A stretch of 30,023 bases of DNA from a virus (IMGVR_UViG_2690316318_000018:1-30023); one strand, 5' to 3'. Numbered from the stretch's first letter, positions 8,613 through 18,749 are shown. Translations and numbers: made by a program. Notes: generated from the letters alone by a model not told the origin.

Positions 8613-9154
8613 GCCGCTACGCGTTCCTTTATCCAGCCGTAGACAAACGACTCGTTGGCTTCGCGTTTTTCCGCCAGCTCCAGATAGCGTTCACCTTGTG
8701 TACAGTTCAGTGCTGCTAACATCACCATCTCGCCGTCCCGACCGCGTTTGTCCAGATATGCACGCAATGCGTTAATCGTGCGTGGGCCAGTGCGTCCGTC
8801 CGTGTCCATATCGGGATACAGTTTCCCGCCCTGATTGAATGCGTTCAGCCAGCGCTGCAGCATTCTGGTTGCCACAGACGGCCCCATATTTACTCCGGTG
8901 TCACACAGTTCTGCGGCAATATCCGGGGACAGCTTCGCTATCTGATCAAAACGCGGTCCGTACCAGTAATCAGCTTCAAGGATTTCCAGTGCCTGTCCGC
9001 GCGTTAAATCACGCATATCGCCACGGTATCCGTGCGCCCGTGCCACCTTTTCAGTGATGCCCCATTTTGTCGGGCCGCCTTTGTCATCCGGGTGATTGAC
9101 GTAGCCGCCTTCTTTGCCCAGAACGGCATCAAAAATTTCGTCTTTCGATTTCAT
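8609..9154 (-). CDS. Endolysin, GH108-type N-terminal domain with predicted C-terminal peptidoglycan-binding domain
   Basis: 181-aa ORF. N-terminal motif …LGKEGGYVNHPDDKGGPTKWGIT… is characteristic of GH108 (YbcS-like) phage muramidases. Located between holin and spanins. Not a P2 gpK (lambda R-type) lysozyme. Confidence 0.7.
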   Translation of the reverse strand: MKSKDEIFDAVLGKEGGYVNHPDDKGGPTKWGITEKVARAHGYRGDMRDLTRGQALEILEADYWYGPRFDQIAKLSPDIAAELCDTGVNMGPSVATRMLQRWLNAFNQGGKLYPDMDTDGRTGPRTINALRAYLDKRGRDGEMVMLAALNCTQGERYLELAEKREANESFVYGWIKERVAA

Positions 9155-9208
9155 TTCGCCACCTCTGTGAATGATTTTTATGGTGATTACCAGCTTTAAG
9201 CCTGAGAC

Positions 9209-9532
9209 TTATTCATCTCCCTTTTGGGTTATGCGGTTAAAGGCGGCAATGATCTTGTCGCGTGCTTTTTCTGCGCCCATAAAACCGATAGATGCGCCGA
9301 AAAACGTCACGGCATCTTCAGGAACTCCGAAGAAGCGCAACGACCCGGCCACGGCCATGGCAAGAACGCCGCACGCCAGCGATCCCGTTACGGTCTGAAC
9401 CAGCGTTCGTCCGTCATAAAGACTCATCAGCGCGGAAATGCTGACCGCCGCGCCTACTGCATACACCGTTGGCAGATGGTCAAAGAGCCACGCAATAACC
9501 TGCTCTGAGATCCCTGTTTGAATGGTGCTCAC
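9209..9532 (-). CDS. Holin (class II-like, two TM segments)
   Basis: The track ORF 9209..9751 is overextended across gene X. A GTG at 9532 preceded by GGGGGAG gives a 107-aa product (VSTIQTGISEQVIAWLFDHLPTVYAVGAAVSISALMSL…) with two hydrophobic segments and a charged C-terminus. Its start lies 3 nt after the X stop. Confidence 0.65.
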   Translation of the reverse strand: MSTIQTGISEQVIAWLFDHLPTVYAVGAAVSISALMSLYDGRTLVQTVTGSLACGVLAMAVAGSLRFFGVPEDAVTFFGASIGFMGAEKARDKIIAAFNRITQKGDE

Positions 9533-9534
9533 TG

Positions 9535-9735
9535 CTACTCCCCCCACAACTGAATCATTTCTCGTTTCTTCTTCTCTGGCTCCGGCATCTCCACTTCCTG
9601 CCCGGCGTCCAGAAATACCTGCTGACAGAGTCCGGGGTTGGCATCCAGCACCTTTTCGGTGACGCCCTGCGTCATGCCGTAGTACCGGAAACAGAGCGAA
9701 TCCACGGTGTCGCCTTCCAGTGCCTTCACTTTCAT
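9535..9735 (-). CDS. X: Tail protein X (LysM-like)
   Basis: Internal start MKVKALEGDTVDSLCFRYYGMTQGVTEKVLDANPGL… gives a 66-aa product matching the P2 gpX pattern (…GDTLD..C.RYYG.T.GVVE.VL.ANPGL…). Confidence 0.8.
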   Translation of the reverse strand: MKVKALEGDTVDSLCFRYYGMTQGVTEKVLDANPGLCQQVFLDAGQEVEMPEPEKKKREMIQLWGE

Positions 9736-10238
9736 CAGCACAACTCCGCAAAGATTCGCGGGCGGCACAGAATGTCAGAGATGGCCCAGCTCACATCGCG
9801 CCACAAATCCGATGTCTGTATATCCAGTGCGTCCGCCCGGCGGTCGCCCTTGTCCGTTGTGTCCGCATCGCGGTAACGCTCCAGAATCAGGGCGCGTGTG
9901 GCGGTATAAACAGCATTGCGCCAGTGCCAGAGATTGACGCTTTCTCCGTTAATTACGGGTGCCGGAACATCGGCCAGCGTCTGATGGCCAGCCGCCTGCT
10001 GTTCCTGCTGCCATGCTTCCAGCTCGCGGGTAACGTGAGCCACGGCCCCGGTGGCAGTATGCAGCAGGCGGGAGGTGGTCACGCGGCCCGGCAGTCGTAC
10101 CGCCAGACGCAGCTCGCGCAGCACAATATCCGGCCAGAATGCACCTGCTGAAATGCGAGTGTCGCCATCATCGGTATCGGTTATGTCGTCCTCTGCGGGT
10201 CCGGGGTTGGTTCTGGCAACCATACTCATGGGGTTCAC
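9735..10238 (-). CDS. L: Head completion/stabilisation protein L
   Basis: 167-aa ORF between M and X; size and position match P2 gpL. Confidence 0.8.
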   Translation of the reverse strand: MNPMSMVARTNPGPAEDDITDTDDGDTRISAGAFWPDIVLRELRLAVRLPGRVTTSRLLHTATGAVAHVTRELEAWQQEQQAAGHQTLADVPAPVINGESVNLWHWRNAVYTATRALILERYRDADTTDKGDRRADALDIQTSDLWRDVSWAISDILCRPRIFAELC

Positions 10239-10330
10239 TCCTGAAAAAATCGGGCGGTGGGTGCGCGGTGTAAACGGTCACGGAGTCAAACCGGAACACC
10301 GCGCACGCCGCCCGCTGACGGGGTCAGTCG

Positions 10331-11131
10331 TTAACCGCGCTTCGCCTTCTGCGTCGCGGTGGTTTTTCGTGTTGCAGGCTTCCGCGTTGTCTTTTTACTT
10401 TTGCTGCTTTCGTCCTGCGCCTGCTGTGCGCTGGCATCTTCTGGTGCGGCTGCGGAATCGGCTTTTTTCAGAGCGCGGGAAAGGGTTGCAATCTCGCGTT
10501 TAACACCTGCGTTCGAGTTCAGGTGCATCGCTTCGCGCAGCAGCTTCAGTGAAGAGGCCATGCTGTCCGCATCAGTCAGGCCACGGCGGGCAAAGGCGCA
10601 CGCCTTGCATAATTTGGCGCGCACTTCGTCCGGCATGTCCTGGTCGGTGACAATCTCCCGGAGGGTGTCCAGTGGTTCGATAAAGGCGGACAAATCCGCG
10701 TCGGCATCCGTCCCGGCCTGCGTCAGTACCGGATTACAGATTTCTTCGGTCAGTACCGTGGCAGCAGTACGGCCAAAGTTATCCGGCATGATGAGGTTGT
10801 GACGGACCACATACGCACCAATACGCAGCGCCAGCGGAAGATCGCCGCAGTCAATCGCCCACACCATCAGCGTGGCAATCACTTCATCCTGCTGCCCGCC
10901 GTCAGCCTCCAGCGTTCCCTCAATCCAGCCGGAAAAGTCCGGCAACAACTCTTTTTTGATGGCGGCTTTCGCGCTTCTGGCCTGTACGCCCTTAAGCCGG
11001 GCCTGTGCCAGACGCAGACGATACAGCACCTCTTCATGCGCGGTACGCGCGGCGTGGTCCACGCCTTCATTCGCCCGGCCTGCGCGCTGTGCCATCACGT
11101 TCTGCCAGTGTTGCTGTGCAGGAGTAATCAT
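10331..11131 (-). CDS. M: Terminase endonuclease (small) subunit M
   Basis: 266-aa ORF between N and L with basic C-terminal tail; P2 gpM position. Confidence 0.8.
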   Translation of the reverse strand: MITPAQQHWQNVMAQRAGRANEGVDHAARTAHEEVLYRLRLAQARLKGVQARSAKAAIKKELLPDFSGWIEGTLEADGGQQDEVIATLMVWAIDCGDLPLALRIGAYVVRHNLIMPDNFGRTAATVLTEEICNPVLTQAGTDADADLSAFIEPLDTLREIVTDQDMPDEVRAKLCKACAFARRGLTDADSMASSLKLLREAMHLNSNAGVKREIATLSRALKKADSAAAPEDASAQQAQDESSKSKKTTRKPATRKTTATQKAKRG

Positions 11132-11176
11132 TTTTTCTCTCCGTTACAGGCGGGTATGATGCCCGCCGTGAGTTGA

Positions 11177-12229
11177 TTAGCTGTCGGCGAACTTCAGGCC
11201 AGTGACCATCGCGCACTTGCCATAGTCTTCAACGACATAAGCGTCATTGATGGACTGGTAGGTGGCGATGCGGTTGTATTCCGGCTCGTCTTTCATCAGG
11301 CGACGCATTGTTCCTTTCTGCCAGTAAATCGACAGGTTGTTGAACGAGGTGATCAGCATCGTTGCATCCGGGAAGAACGGCGCAAGGAATACATCCAGCC
11401 CGCCAATGGCGCGCGATGACAGGATGAGCTGTCCGGCAAGTAATTCCGCATTGGGATTCTGGCCGCTGATGCTGTTCAGCACGGGCAGACGCAGCGAGTT
11501 AAACAGGTTGCGCCCCATAATCACCACGAGGTCGTCAGCTTCCTTGTGCCATTCATCCAGCAGGGATGAGCGCGCGTCCTGTACCAGTGCATCAGCGTTC
11601 GCATACTTACCCGCGTGCGCCACGGTGTTGTCCATGTTGCGGGAGGTCAGCGTTACATCATTCATAACGCGCTCGCTGGCGTCGGTTCTGATGTGCTCCA
11701 GCCATCCCACGTTAACGTCCTGAAGCAGCTTGTTAGTGCTGAAGTTGGACTCATCTGCGTGAGACGTGCCGTTGAAACCGATCATGATGCGGTCAAGCGC
11801 CACCTGCCGGGCAATCTGTGTGCTGACGCGGGACTGAAAATCAGGGTGTGCCGCCCAGGCATCAAGCTGCGGATACGAAATAAACGTGTCGTAGTTCACC
11901 TGTTCGCACTGGTATTTGCGGTTTTTCAGATCAACCACGTTATTCGGGTTACGGCGTTTTGTGCCGTCATAACTGGTATTCGTGCGCGCAATCGGCCCGG
12001 TGGTGTCCAGGAGGATTTTTTCGCCTTTCTGGTCAGTCACACCGAACACGTTAATTTTTTTTGTAAATTCAGTGCTCTCCTTTACTGCGTTTTCAAAACG
12101 CTGCTGCACCGAGGGTTCTACGGTAAATCGTGATACCAGTGCAGATACCGGGATATTGTTAAGCGACGCCTGCTGCGCCATATAGCAACCCAGCTTGTTG
12201 CGGGTAATATCTGACATCACCAGATTCAT
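11177..12229 (-). CDS. N: Major capsid protein N
   Basis: 350-aa ORF. Motifs such as …FTVEPSV…, …IMIGFNG… and …NLSIYWQ… match the P2 gpN pattern as I recall it. The start may be the internal Met (MAQQAS…). Confidence 0.85.
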   Translation of the reverse strand: MNLVMSDITRNKLGCYMAQQASLNNIPVSALVSRFTVEPSVQQRFENAVKESTEFTKKINVFGVTDQKGEKILLDTTGPIARTNTSYDGTKRRNPNNVVDLKNRKYQCEQVNYDTFISYPQLDAWAAHPDFQSRVSTQIARQVALDRIMIGFNGTSHADESNFSTNKLLQDVNVGWLEHIRTDASERVMNDVTLTSRNMDNTVAHAGKYANADALVQDARSSLLDEWHKEADDLVVIMGRNLFNSLRLPVLNSISGQNPNAELLAGQLILSSRAIGGLDVFLAPFFPDATMLITSFNNLSIYWQKGTMRRLMKDEPEYNRIATYQSINDAYVVEDYGKCAMVTGLKFADS

Positions 12230-12251
12230 AAAAATTTGCTCCTTTGTCTTA

Positions 12252-13121
12252 TCAGAAGTCAGCCAGCTGGTCGGAGGCTGCGCCCGTTGCGGTGAAGCGG
12301 TTCTGCGGATCGCCGTCCTGCGTGCGCAGTTTTTCCTTCAGTGCTGTCAGCTCTGTGGTCAGTGACGTGATTTTCTGGCGGTCCTGCTGATGGCGGGTTT
12401 CCAGCACATTAAAACGGTCGATAATGTCGGCCTGTGACGTTGCGACGCCTTCCACCGCTTCCTGAATACGGGAAAAACTGGCGTCATCCGCTTTGCGGCC
12501 ACGGCCAATAATCCCCATTACGCGGTTAAACCACTGGGTGCCTTCTTCCTGGCGTTGTTCTGCCATTTCGATGATTTCAGACTCGATGGCTTCGGAGATA
12601 AGCGGCGCTTCACCCTGGACACTGTTGAACGTCATTACCGCCTGACGTTGCTGTGCCGTGAATTTCAGGCGCTCAGTGCCCAGGCTTGCCGGGGTGTCGG
12701 TCATCGCCAGCCCGACCAGATAGGCGCGCCCGTTAACGGAGAACTGCGGGTGCAGTTCGATACTGGAATAGATTTTCTTGCCGTCAGCGACAAGCTGCTT
12801 CATGCGCTCTGTCGGTTCGATTTCTGCATACAGCGCAGTACGTCCGGCCAGCGGGCCTTCCGTAATATCTTCCGTACTCAGCGCGGTGACATCGCCCATT
12901 GCGGAAAATTCGCTTGACGGGCATGGCGAGAGATAGTGCTCAACGTTCACGCGGGCAGCGTAAACATCCGGGTTGAAGTTCTCGGCGGCTTCACGCAGAT
13001 GTACCGGGCTGATTTCGCGGCCATCAACAGTTGATCCGGAGACAGCCACGCGAAACTTTTTGCGGGATGTCTTTTTTTCATTAGCCATAGTTTTTGCCCC
13101 TCTGACTGGTTCTTCAGTCAT
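12252..13121 (-). CDS. O: Capsid scaffolding protein O
   Basis: 289-aa ORF divergent from P, acidic with a coiled-coil C-terminus; P2 gpO position. The start may be the internal Met (MANEKK…). Confidence 0.8.
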   Translation of the reverse strand: MTEEPVRGAKTMANEKKTSRKKFRVAVSGSTVDGREISPVHLREAAENFNPDVYAARVNVEHYLSPCPSSEFSAMGDVTALSTEDITEGPLAGRTALYAEIEPTERMKQLVADGKKIYSSIELHPQFSVNGRAYLVGLAMTDTPASLGTERLKFTAQQRQAVMTFNSVQGEAPLISEAIESEIIEMAEQRQEEGTQWFNRVMGIIGRGRKADDASFSRIQEAVEGVATSQADIIDRFNVLETRHQQDRQKITSLTTELTALKEKLRTQDGDPQNRFTATGAASDQLADF

Positions 13122-13242
13122 GATGGCAAAGCGTAACAGGCTGATACAAATGGCTTTTGTTGTAAGAAAACAGCCAGAACAGGGGGTTAAGGAGAACAGT
13201 TTCGCGCGCGGGTAATCTTCCTGTAATTACTCAGGGGGAGCA

Positions 13243-14994
13243 ATGATTCAGGACGCTTTTGTGCGCCAGCGTGCGCGGCAACTTTACTGGCAGGGTTATC
13301 CGCCCGCAGAAATATCACGTCTGATGGGAATAAACCCGAACACGATTTATGCGTGGAAAAAACGCGACCAGTGGGATGAAACGCCACCCGTGCAGCGTGT
13401 CACGCAGTCCATCGATGCGCGCCTCATCCAGCTCACTGAAAAACAGAATAAAACAGGTGGTGACTTCAAGGAAATAGACCTGCTGACCCGGCAGCTTAAA
13501 AAACTGCATGATGGCCAGCCGGATGCGACGGCCACAGGAAAGAAAGGCCGGGCGAAAAAGCTTAAAAATCATTTCACGCCGGAACAGATTGCCGCACTGC
13601 GGGAAAAAATCATCAGCAGGCTGGAGTGGCATCAGCGGGGCTGGTTTGACTCCCTGACCCTTTGCAGGGAAGCAGGGATACGTAACAGGATGATCCTGAA
13701 ATCCCGACAGATTGGGGCGACCTGGTATTTTGCACAGGAAGCGCTGCTGATGGCGCTGCGTGACGATGTGGCGCAACCTTACCAGCGTAACCAGATTTTT
13801 TTGTCTGCGTCGCGTCGTCAGGCGTTCCAGTTTAAAAGCATTATTCAGAAGGCCGCGGCTGAAGTTGATGTGGAGCTGAAAGGGGGCGATAAAATCATCC
13901 TCTCCAACGGCGCAGAGCTGCATTTTCTCGGCACTTCTGCTGCGTCGGCACAGTCCTATACGGGCAATTTTTATTTTGATGAATTTTTCTGGGTCAGTCG
14001 CTTTGCAGAACTGCGCAAGGTGGCTGGCGCTATGGCAACCCTCAGCGGACTGCGGCGCACCTACTTCTCCACGCCATCCACCGAAACGCACGAGGCATAC
14101 GCCTACTGGAACGGCGACCGCTGGAACGAGAAAAAGGCCACGCATAAACGCCAGCGTTTTTCTGTGGACTGGAAAACGCTGCATAACGGGCTTATCTGCC
14201 CTGACCGGACGTGGCGGCAAATTGTCACGCTGGAAGATGTGGTTAATCATGGCTGGAAACACACCGATATCGACGAAATTCGTGATGAAAACACCGAAGA
14301 CGAGTTCCTCAATCTCTATATGTGTGAATTTGTCCGCGAAGGGGAATCGGCATTTAACCTGAATATCCTGATTGGCTGTGGTGTTGACGGATACGACGAC
14401 TGGAAAGACTGGAAACCTTTTGCTCCCCGCCCGATGGGGAATCGTCCGGTATGGATTGGGTATGACGCAAACGGCAGCAGTGGTAACGGCGACAGCGGCG
14501 CTGTGTCCGTGGTGGTTCCTCCGTCTGTTCCTGGTGGCCGTTTTCGAACGGTGGAGACGCGACGCGTTCAGGGGCTGGAGTTTGAAGAACAGGCCAGAGT
14601 CATTGAAGAGTTCACGTGTCGCTACAACGTGGAACACATCGGCATTGATGTGACGGGCGGGAACGGGGAGGCTGTTTATCAGATAGTGAAACGGTTTTTC
14701 CCTGCCGCTATTCCGTACACCTTCACGCTGTCATCAAAACGGTCGCTGGTACTGAAAATGCTGCAAATAATGCGTGCCGGGCGGTGGGAATACGATCGCG
14801 CCGAACGCGAGCTGGTCGCGGCCTTTAACGCCGTGCGTAAGGTGAAAACACCGGGCGGCTTTATCACTTACGAAACGGACCGAGCGAGGGGGATCAGCCA
14901 CGGCGACCTTGCGTGGGCAACCATGCTTGCTGTCATTAACGAACCGATTGGCGGCGAAGGAGAAAACGAGCGTTTCACGGTTATGGAGTTCTGA
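13243..14994 (+). CDS. P: Terminase ATPase (large) subunit P
   Basis: 583-aa ORF divergent from O and followed by the portal gene, as in P2. Confidence 0.85.
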   Translation: MIQDAFVRQRARQLYWQGYPPAEISRLMGINPNTIYAWKKRDQWDETPPVQRVTQSIDARLIQLTEKQNKTGGDFKEIDLLTRQLKKLHDGQPDATATGKKGRAKKLKNHFTPEQIAALREKIISRLEWHQRGWFDSLTLCREAGIRNRMILKSRQIGATWYFAQEALLMALRDDVAQPYQRNQIFLSASRRQAFQFKSIIQKAAAEVDVELKGGDKIILSNGAELHFLGTSAASAQSYTGNFYFDEFFWVSRFAELRKVAGAMATLSGLRRTYFSTPSTETHEAYAYWNGDRWNEKKATHKRQRFSVDWKTLHNGLICPDRTWRQIVTLEDVVNHGWKHTDIDEIRDENTEDEFLNLYMCEFVREGESAFNLNILIGCGVDGYDDWKDWKPFAPRPMGNRPVWIGYDANGSSGNGDSGAVSVVVPPSVPGGRFRTVETRRVQGLEFEEQARVIEEFTCRYNVEHIGIDVTGGNGEAVYQIVKRFFPAAIPYTFTLSSKRSLVLKMLQIMRAGRWEYDRAERELVAAFNAVRKVKTPGGFITYETDRARGISHGDLAWATMLAVINEPIGGEGENERFTVMEF

Positions 14995-16040
14995 TGAGCA
15001 GAAAAAATAAAAAAGTGCGCATGAGTTCACGCATTGATCTCGCTGATGCGCTCAGGAAAGAATCATCGCTCAGTGCATTCACATTTGATGGTCCTTATCG
15101 CCTGACCGGGCATGACCTGCTGGACAATATGTACTGTGCTGATAACGGGCGGTGGTATGAAACCCCAGTGGACTGGTACGGTCTGGCAAGAGCTGCCCGG
15201 CAAACGTCCTGGCATCAGTCTGCGCTTTACTTTAAGCGCAATGTATTGCTCGGTTGCTACATCCCGCACCCGCTGCTTTCCCGGCAGGATTTCTCGGCGC
15301 TGGCGCTGGACTGGTTTGTGTTCGGTAACGCATTCCTTGAGCTTCGAAGCAATATGCTCGGCGAACCGCTTAAATTACGGCACGCCCTGGCGAAATACAT
15401 GCGACGCGGAAGCGATCTTGAATCATGGTGGTATGTGCAGGATGGCAAGGATGCGTTTCAGTTTCGTCCTGGCAAAGTGTGTCACCTGATGAATCCTGAC
15501 ATTAACCAGGAAATCTACGGCATGCCGGAATATCTCGGCGCATTACTCTCGGCCAGCCTGTCTCATTCGGCGGACATGTTCAGAAAACTGTATTACGACA
15601 ACGGATCCCACGCCGGGTGCATCATCTACATCGGTGCAGCGCAGGTAAACCGCGAAAGCATGGACTCCCTGAAAGAAACGCTACAGGGTGCGCGTGGTGG
15701 TGGTGCGTTTAAAAACGTGCTCATTCATGCGCCCAACGGGGGCAAAGAGGGGGTGCAAATTTTGCCGTTCCAGCAGATCACCGCAAAGGATGAGTTCATG
15801 AATGTTAAGGCGGCATCCCGTGATGATGTGCTGGCTGCGCACCGCGTTCCGCCGCAACTGATGGGGGCGATGCCGGGTGAAAAAAGTGCGTTTGGTGATG
15901 TGGAGAAGGCCGCGCGGGTTTACGCAATTAACGAGCTGATGCCCGTCATGGAGGCCATGAAGCACATCAATGACTGGCTTGGCGAAGAGGTGATCCGCTT
16001 TAACCCTTACGCACTGTTAGACATCCAGCCCACATTCTGA
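14994..16040 (+). CDS. Q: Portal (capsid portal vertex) protein Q
   Basis: 348-aa ORF overlapping the P stop (ATGA); last late gene before the cos region, as in P2. Confidence 0.85.
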   Translation: MSRKNKKVRMSSRIDLADALRKESSLSAFTFDGPYRLTGHDLLDNMYCADNGRWYETPVDWYGLARAARQTSWHQSALYFKRNVLLGCYIPHPLLSRQDFSALALDWFVFGNAFLELRSNMLGEPLKLRHALAKYMRRGSDLESWWYVQDGKDAFQFRPGKVCHLMNPDINQEIYGMPEYLGALLSASLSHSADMFRKLYYDNGSHAGCIIYIGAAQVNRESMDSLKETLQGARGGGAFKNVLIHAPNGGKEGVQILPFQQITAKDEFMNVKAASRDDVLAAHRVPPQLMGAMPGEKSAFGDVEKAARVYAINELMPVMEAMKHINDWLGEEVIRFNPYALLDIQPTF

Positions 16041-16066
16041 CGCGCTTCGCTTGTCTGCTGCTTCGC

Positions 16067-16091
16067 CGGGGCATAAAAAATTTATGCCCCG
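16067..16091 (+). terminator. Perfect palindromic stem-loop 27 nt after the Q stop (possible terminator)
   Basis: cGGGGCATAAAaaaTTTATGCCCCg. GC-rich base and A/T-rich top; no clear U-tract follows. Confidence 0.4.
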
Positions 16092-16512
16092 ACTCTCCAG
16101 CTCCTGTATCAGTCAGATAATTTCACGACGCCTTCCAGTTTATCGCCACCATCGACGGTCAGACTCTTACGCAATCCCACCGCGTTGACTGCATGTTCTC
16201 GCCGCCTCAGTGCGATTTTGACGGCCTTACCTTTCACCCCATCAAATCAGAATCCCTCACGTATTTTTCACGCTCAGCGTGAGAAATACGGCCATTCTGT
16301 CGTGTCGCTGCGACATCGTTAAGGGAACGCTATTTACCCCCTGAAACGCGGGCTGTTCCCCCGTCACCTGCGCGCAGAAAAAGCGCGTTTTTTTGTGCAC
16401 GCACGGATCCCTGACGGATCCAGCCGCCACGCGGGCCAGAAGGGCAAAAATTCGTTCAAAAAAATTGTGCAAATTTGTGCACTATCGTGCATGTAAATTC
16501 ATAAAAAAATTA

Positions 16513-16538
16513 CAGAAAAAAGGCCGCTTTCGCGGCCA
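16513..16538 (-). terminator. Rho-independent terminator of the ATPase-protease operon
   Basis: On the minus strand, directly after the protease stop: GGCCGC-GAAA-GCGGCC followed by TTTTTTCTG. Confidence 0.65.
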
Positions 16539-16544
16539 TAAAAA

Positions 16545-18749
16545 TTACGTGTCGAGAGAAATTTGTGTGCGCAGTTGAATAGGATTCAGAATTGTATATC
16601 GCTGGCGAATAACATTATATAAATCAAAGTCTTTTACCCTTACGCTTATTACCATCGCATATTGCATATCAGGGGCTGAAACTCCCTTAACATGGCGCGA
16701 AGAATCTCGGGCATGATACCGTATATCAAAAACTGGATCGCTTAATAATGTATCAGCACTGAACTTTTTGCTTCTGTGCAAACAAGTTTCCCACTTATGA
16801 CCTTCACTCCTACACTCCCTTTCAGTCTTATACTGGCTTTTTTGACCAAAGAAATCATCTGTATCGGTATCGTCAAGGCCGAATCTTGGGCGGAAAGTTA
16901 CCTGCATACCGGCCCTTGTATAGTTTACTGAATGTTCAGGATCTACTGGGGTTTGAATGCATAAAGTAGCGGTAAGCTCAAATGCTTCGTCAAAGGGAAC
17001 ATCAGGGAATGGGATCGGTGCCCTTAAATATTTATTTTTTGCTAATGAACCATAGTAAATTACTGTAGCAGTATCATTTGGACAATCGATTAAAACGTTA
17101 GGATCCTCACTAAACCGTCCCCAACCGATATGTTCACGCGAATATTTTCTTGATGTTTCAGCATGATGAACAAGCAACGCTTTCAATGCAATGGTGTTCA
17201 ATGGAGTTCCTGATAGAGCCGCAACTCCAGCGGCCGTTCTCAATGCTAATGGAGAGGCATAACTGGTTCCTTGAACTCCAACTATAGAACCAAGCAGAGG
17301 GTTGTAAGTGTAAAAAGGCTCGTCGTCGCTTCCACCAAAAATAACACCATCAGGTTTAACGAATCCGGGGCTTCTGCCTGGCCCAATACAGCTATATGGT
17401 GCCCGCCCCCATTTTTCACCGCTACGATCAGCAGCACCAATCGCTAGCGCGTTTACCATATCGGAAGGAGGTTGTATTCTCGCTGCATCACCGTCCTCAT
17501 TGCCATCATTCCCAACAGCAACAGTAAGTAATATCCCATGCTTAGCACAGATTTGGTCTAAAACAGCAGTCCATACATGAACCTCATCATCACCAATTGG
17601 AAGATGAGGACCAATACTTAGATTAGCGAACTTATAGTCACCACTATCAAGAACGGACTGTATTTTCTTAAGGACATCAAATAAATCCCAATTGCCATTG
17701 TCACCTGATGTCGGTGAAAGAACTCTATAATGATCTACATTCATAAACGGTCTTTTAAAAGAAGGTGCATTTTCCTCGACACGTCCGAATAAGAAAGTGG
17801 ATGTCACTTCATTACCGTGCTGCAATAATAATCCGCTTGTTTCTTTGGTGTCTGGATACACGTATTCCGTAACCCAATTACTCAAGTCAGCTGTCCCCAA
17901 GCCACCATCAAAAATGGCAATACGTTCGGATTCAAGAACAGCTTTAGAATTAGGGAGCTCCGGTGTAACTATATTAGATAACTTTCTGACAATGTTCGGC
18001 TGAGTACACCTGAGAGACGGCATCGGCCGCACAACGCGGATTAATGAAAAATCGAGTGTTTTTTTCATATCTTCAGGTCGCGCGTGTGCAACGATGAAAG
18101 TCAGCCCACCAACTTGGATTCTACTTTTGTAATCAACAGAGACATCATATTGTGCCGCATAGCTAATATAGGCTTTAACGATATCATCGTCTTCAACCCC
18201 AGCATGAAGAACCACTTCAAATTTTATCAAATCACTTTTCGCATGCTCAAAATTGCGTGCTCTCTCTTTTCCTTCAAAAAAGCTAACACTTTCAATTTCG
18301 ATCAAATCCTTTTGTACGCCCTTCGGAGCTGTAGGGGAATTTAAAATTTCCTTAAATCTTATAACGGCATCATCATCACCGCTAACAAACAGTTGCGCCG
18401 TTACTAAGTCCTTATTCTGATCGCACTGACGTGCCGCTTTCCGTGGGCGAATGATTACCTGACGGCTGCCGACATCCCGTAAACCTGTCGCTCTAAGCAA
18501 TCCTTCCGGAAAGTAGCTTTTACCCAAAAACGCTGGGTGTAAAGTTAAATTGAATACACTCTCCCCCCTTGGCTTAGCCGCATCATCCAAACTGCGAAAG
18601 CGTGAGAGTAAAGTATCAATCTCTGGGTTTAAATGCTCCCTTACTTCTTCAAGAGTATAGGGATAGCGCTTACCATCCCTTCCTTTAGGCAAAGGTTCCT
18701 TTTTTGTCAGAACATGACCGTTACCTAAAAGTAAGTTCCTTTCCATCAT
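16545..18749 (-). CDS. Subtilisin-like serine protease (peptidase S8 family) with ~270-aa N-terminal and ~230-aa C-terminal domains of unknown function
   Basis: 734-aa ORF. S8 catalytic motifs in canonical D-H-N-S order: …RIAIFDGGLG… (Asp ~281), …LLQHGNEVTS… (His ~311), …VAVGNDGNE… (oxyanion Asn ~414), …GVQGTSYASP… (Ser ~496). Start overlaps the upstream ATPase stop (ATGA). AT-rich codon usage. Confidence 0.85.
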   Translation of the reverse strand: MMERNLLLGNGHVLTKKEPLPKGRDGKRYPYTLEEVREHLNPEIDTLLSRFRSLDDAAKPRGESVFNLTLHPAFLGKSYFPEGLLRATGLRDVGSRQVIIRPRKAARQCDQNKDLVTAQLFVSGDDDAVIRFKEILNSPTAPKGVQKDLIEIESVSFFEGKERARNFEHAKSDLIKFEVVLHAGVEDDDIVKAYISYAAQYDVSVDYKSRIQVGGLTFIVAHARPEDMKKTLDFSLIRVVRPMPSLRCTQPNIVRKLSNIVTPELPNSKAVLESERIAIFDGGLGTADLSNWVTEYVYPDTKETSGLLLQHGNEVTSTFLFGRVEENAPSFKRPFMNVDHYRVLSPTSGDNGNWDLFDVLKKIQSVLDSGDYKFANLSIGPHLPIGDDEVHVWTAVLDQICAKHGILLTVAVGNDGNEDGDAARIQPPSDMVNALAIGAADRSGEKWGRAPYSCIGPGRSPGFVKPDGVIFGGSDDEPFYTYNPLLGSIVGVQGTSYASPLALRTAAGVAALSGTPLNTIALKALLVHHAETSRKYSREHIGWGRFSEDPNVLIDCPNDTATVIYYGSLAKNKYLRAPIPFPDVPFDEAFELTATLCIQTPVDPEHSVNYTRAGMQVTFRPRFGLDDTDTDDFFGQKSQYKTERECRSEGHKWETCLHRSKKFSADTLLSDPVFDIRYHARDSSRHVKGVSAPDMQYAMVISVRVKDFDLYNVIRQRYTILNPIQLRTQISLDT

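Noticed and set aside
9209-9751. 180-aa track ORF as a single gene
   Set aside because: Its N-terminal 73 residues overlap the well-supported gene X in another frame; the real holin most likely starts at the GTG at 9532 preceded by GGGGGAG.
13315-14637. 440-aa minus-strand ORF antisense to terminase P
   Set aside because: Fully embedded antisense to a well-supported conserved gene; Arg/Pro-rich low-complexity translation typical of spurious ORFs in GC-rich coding DNA.
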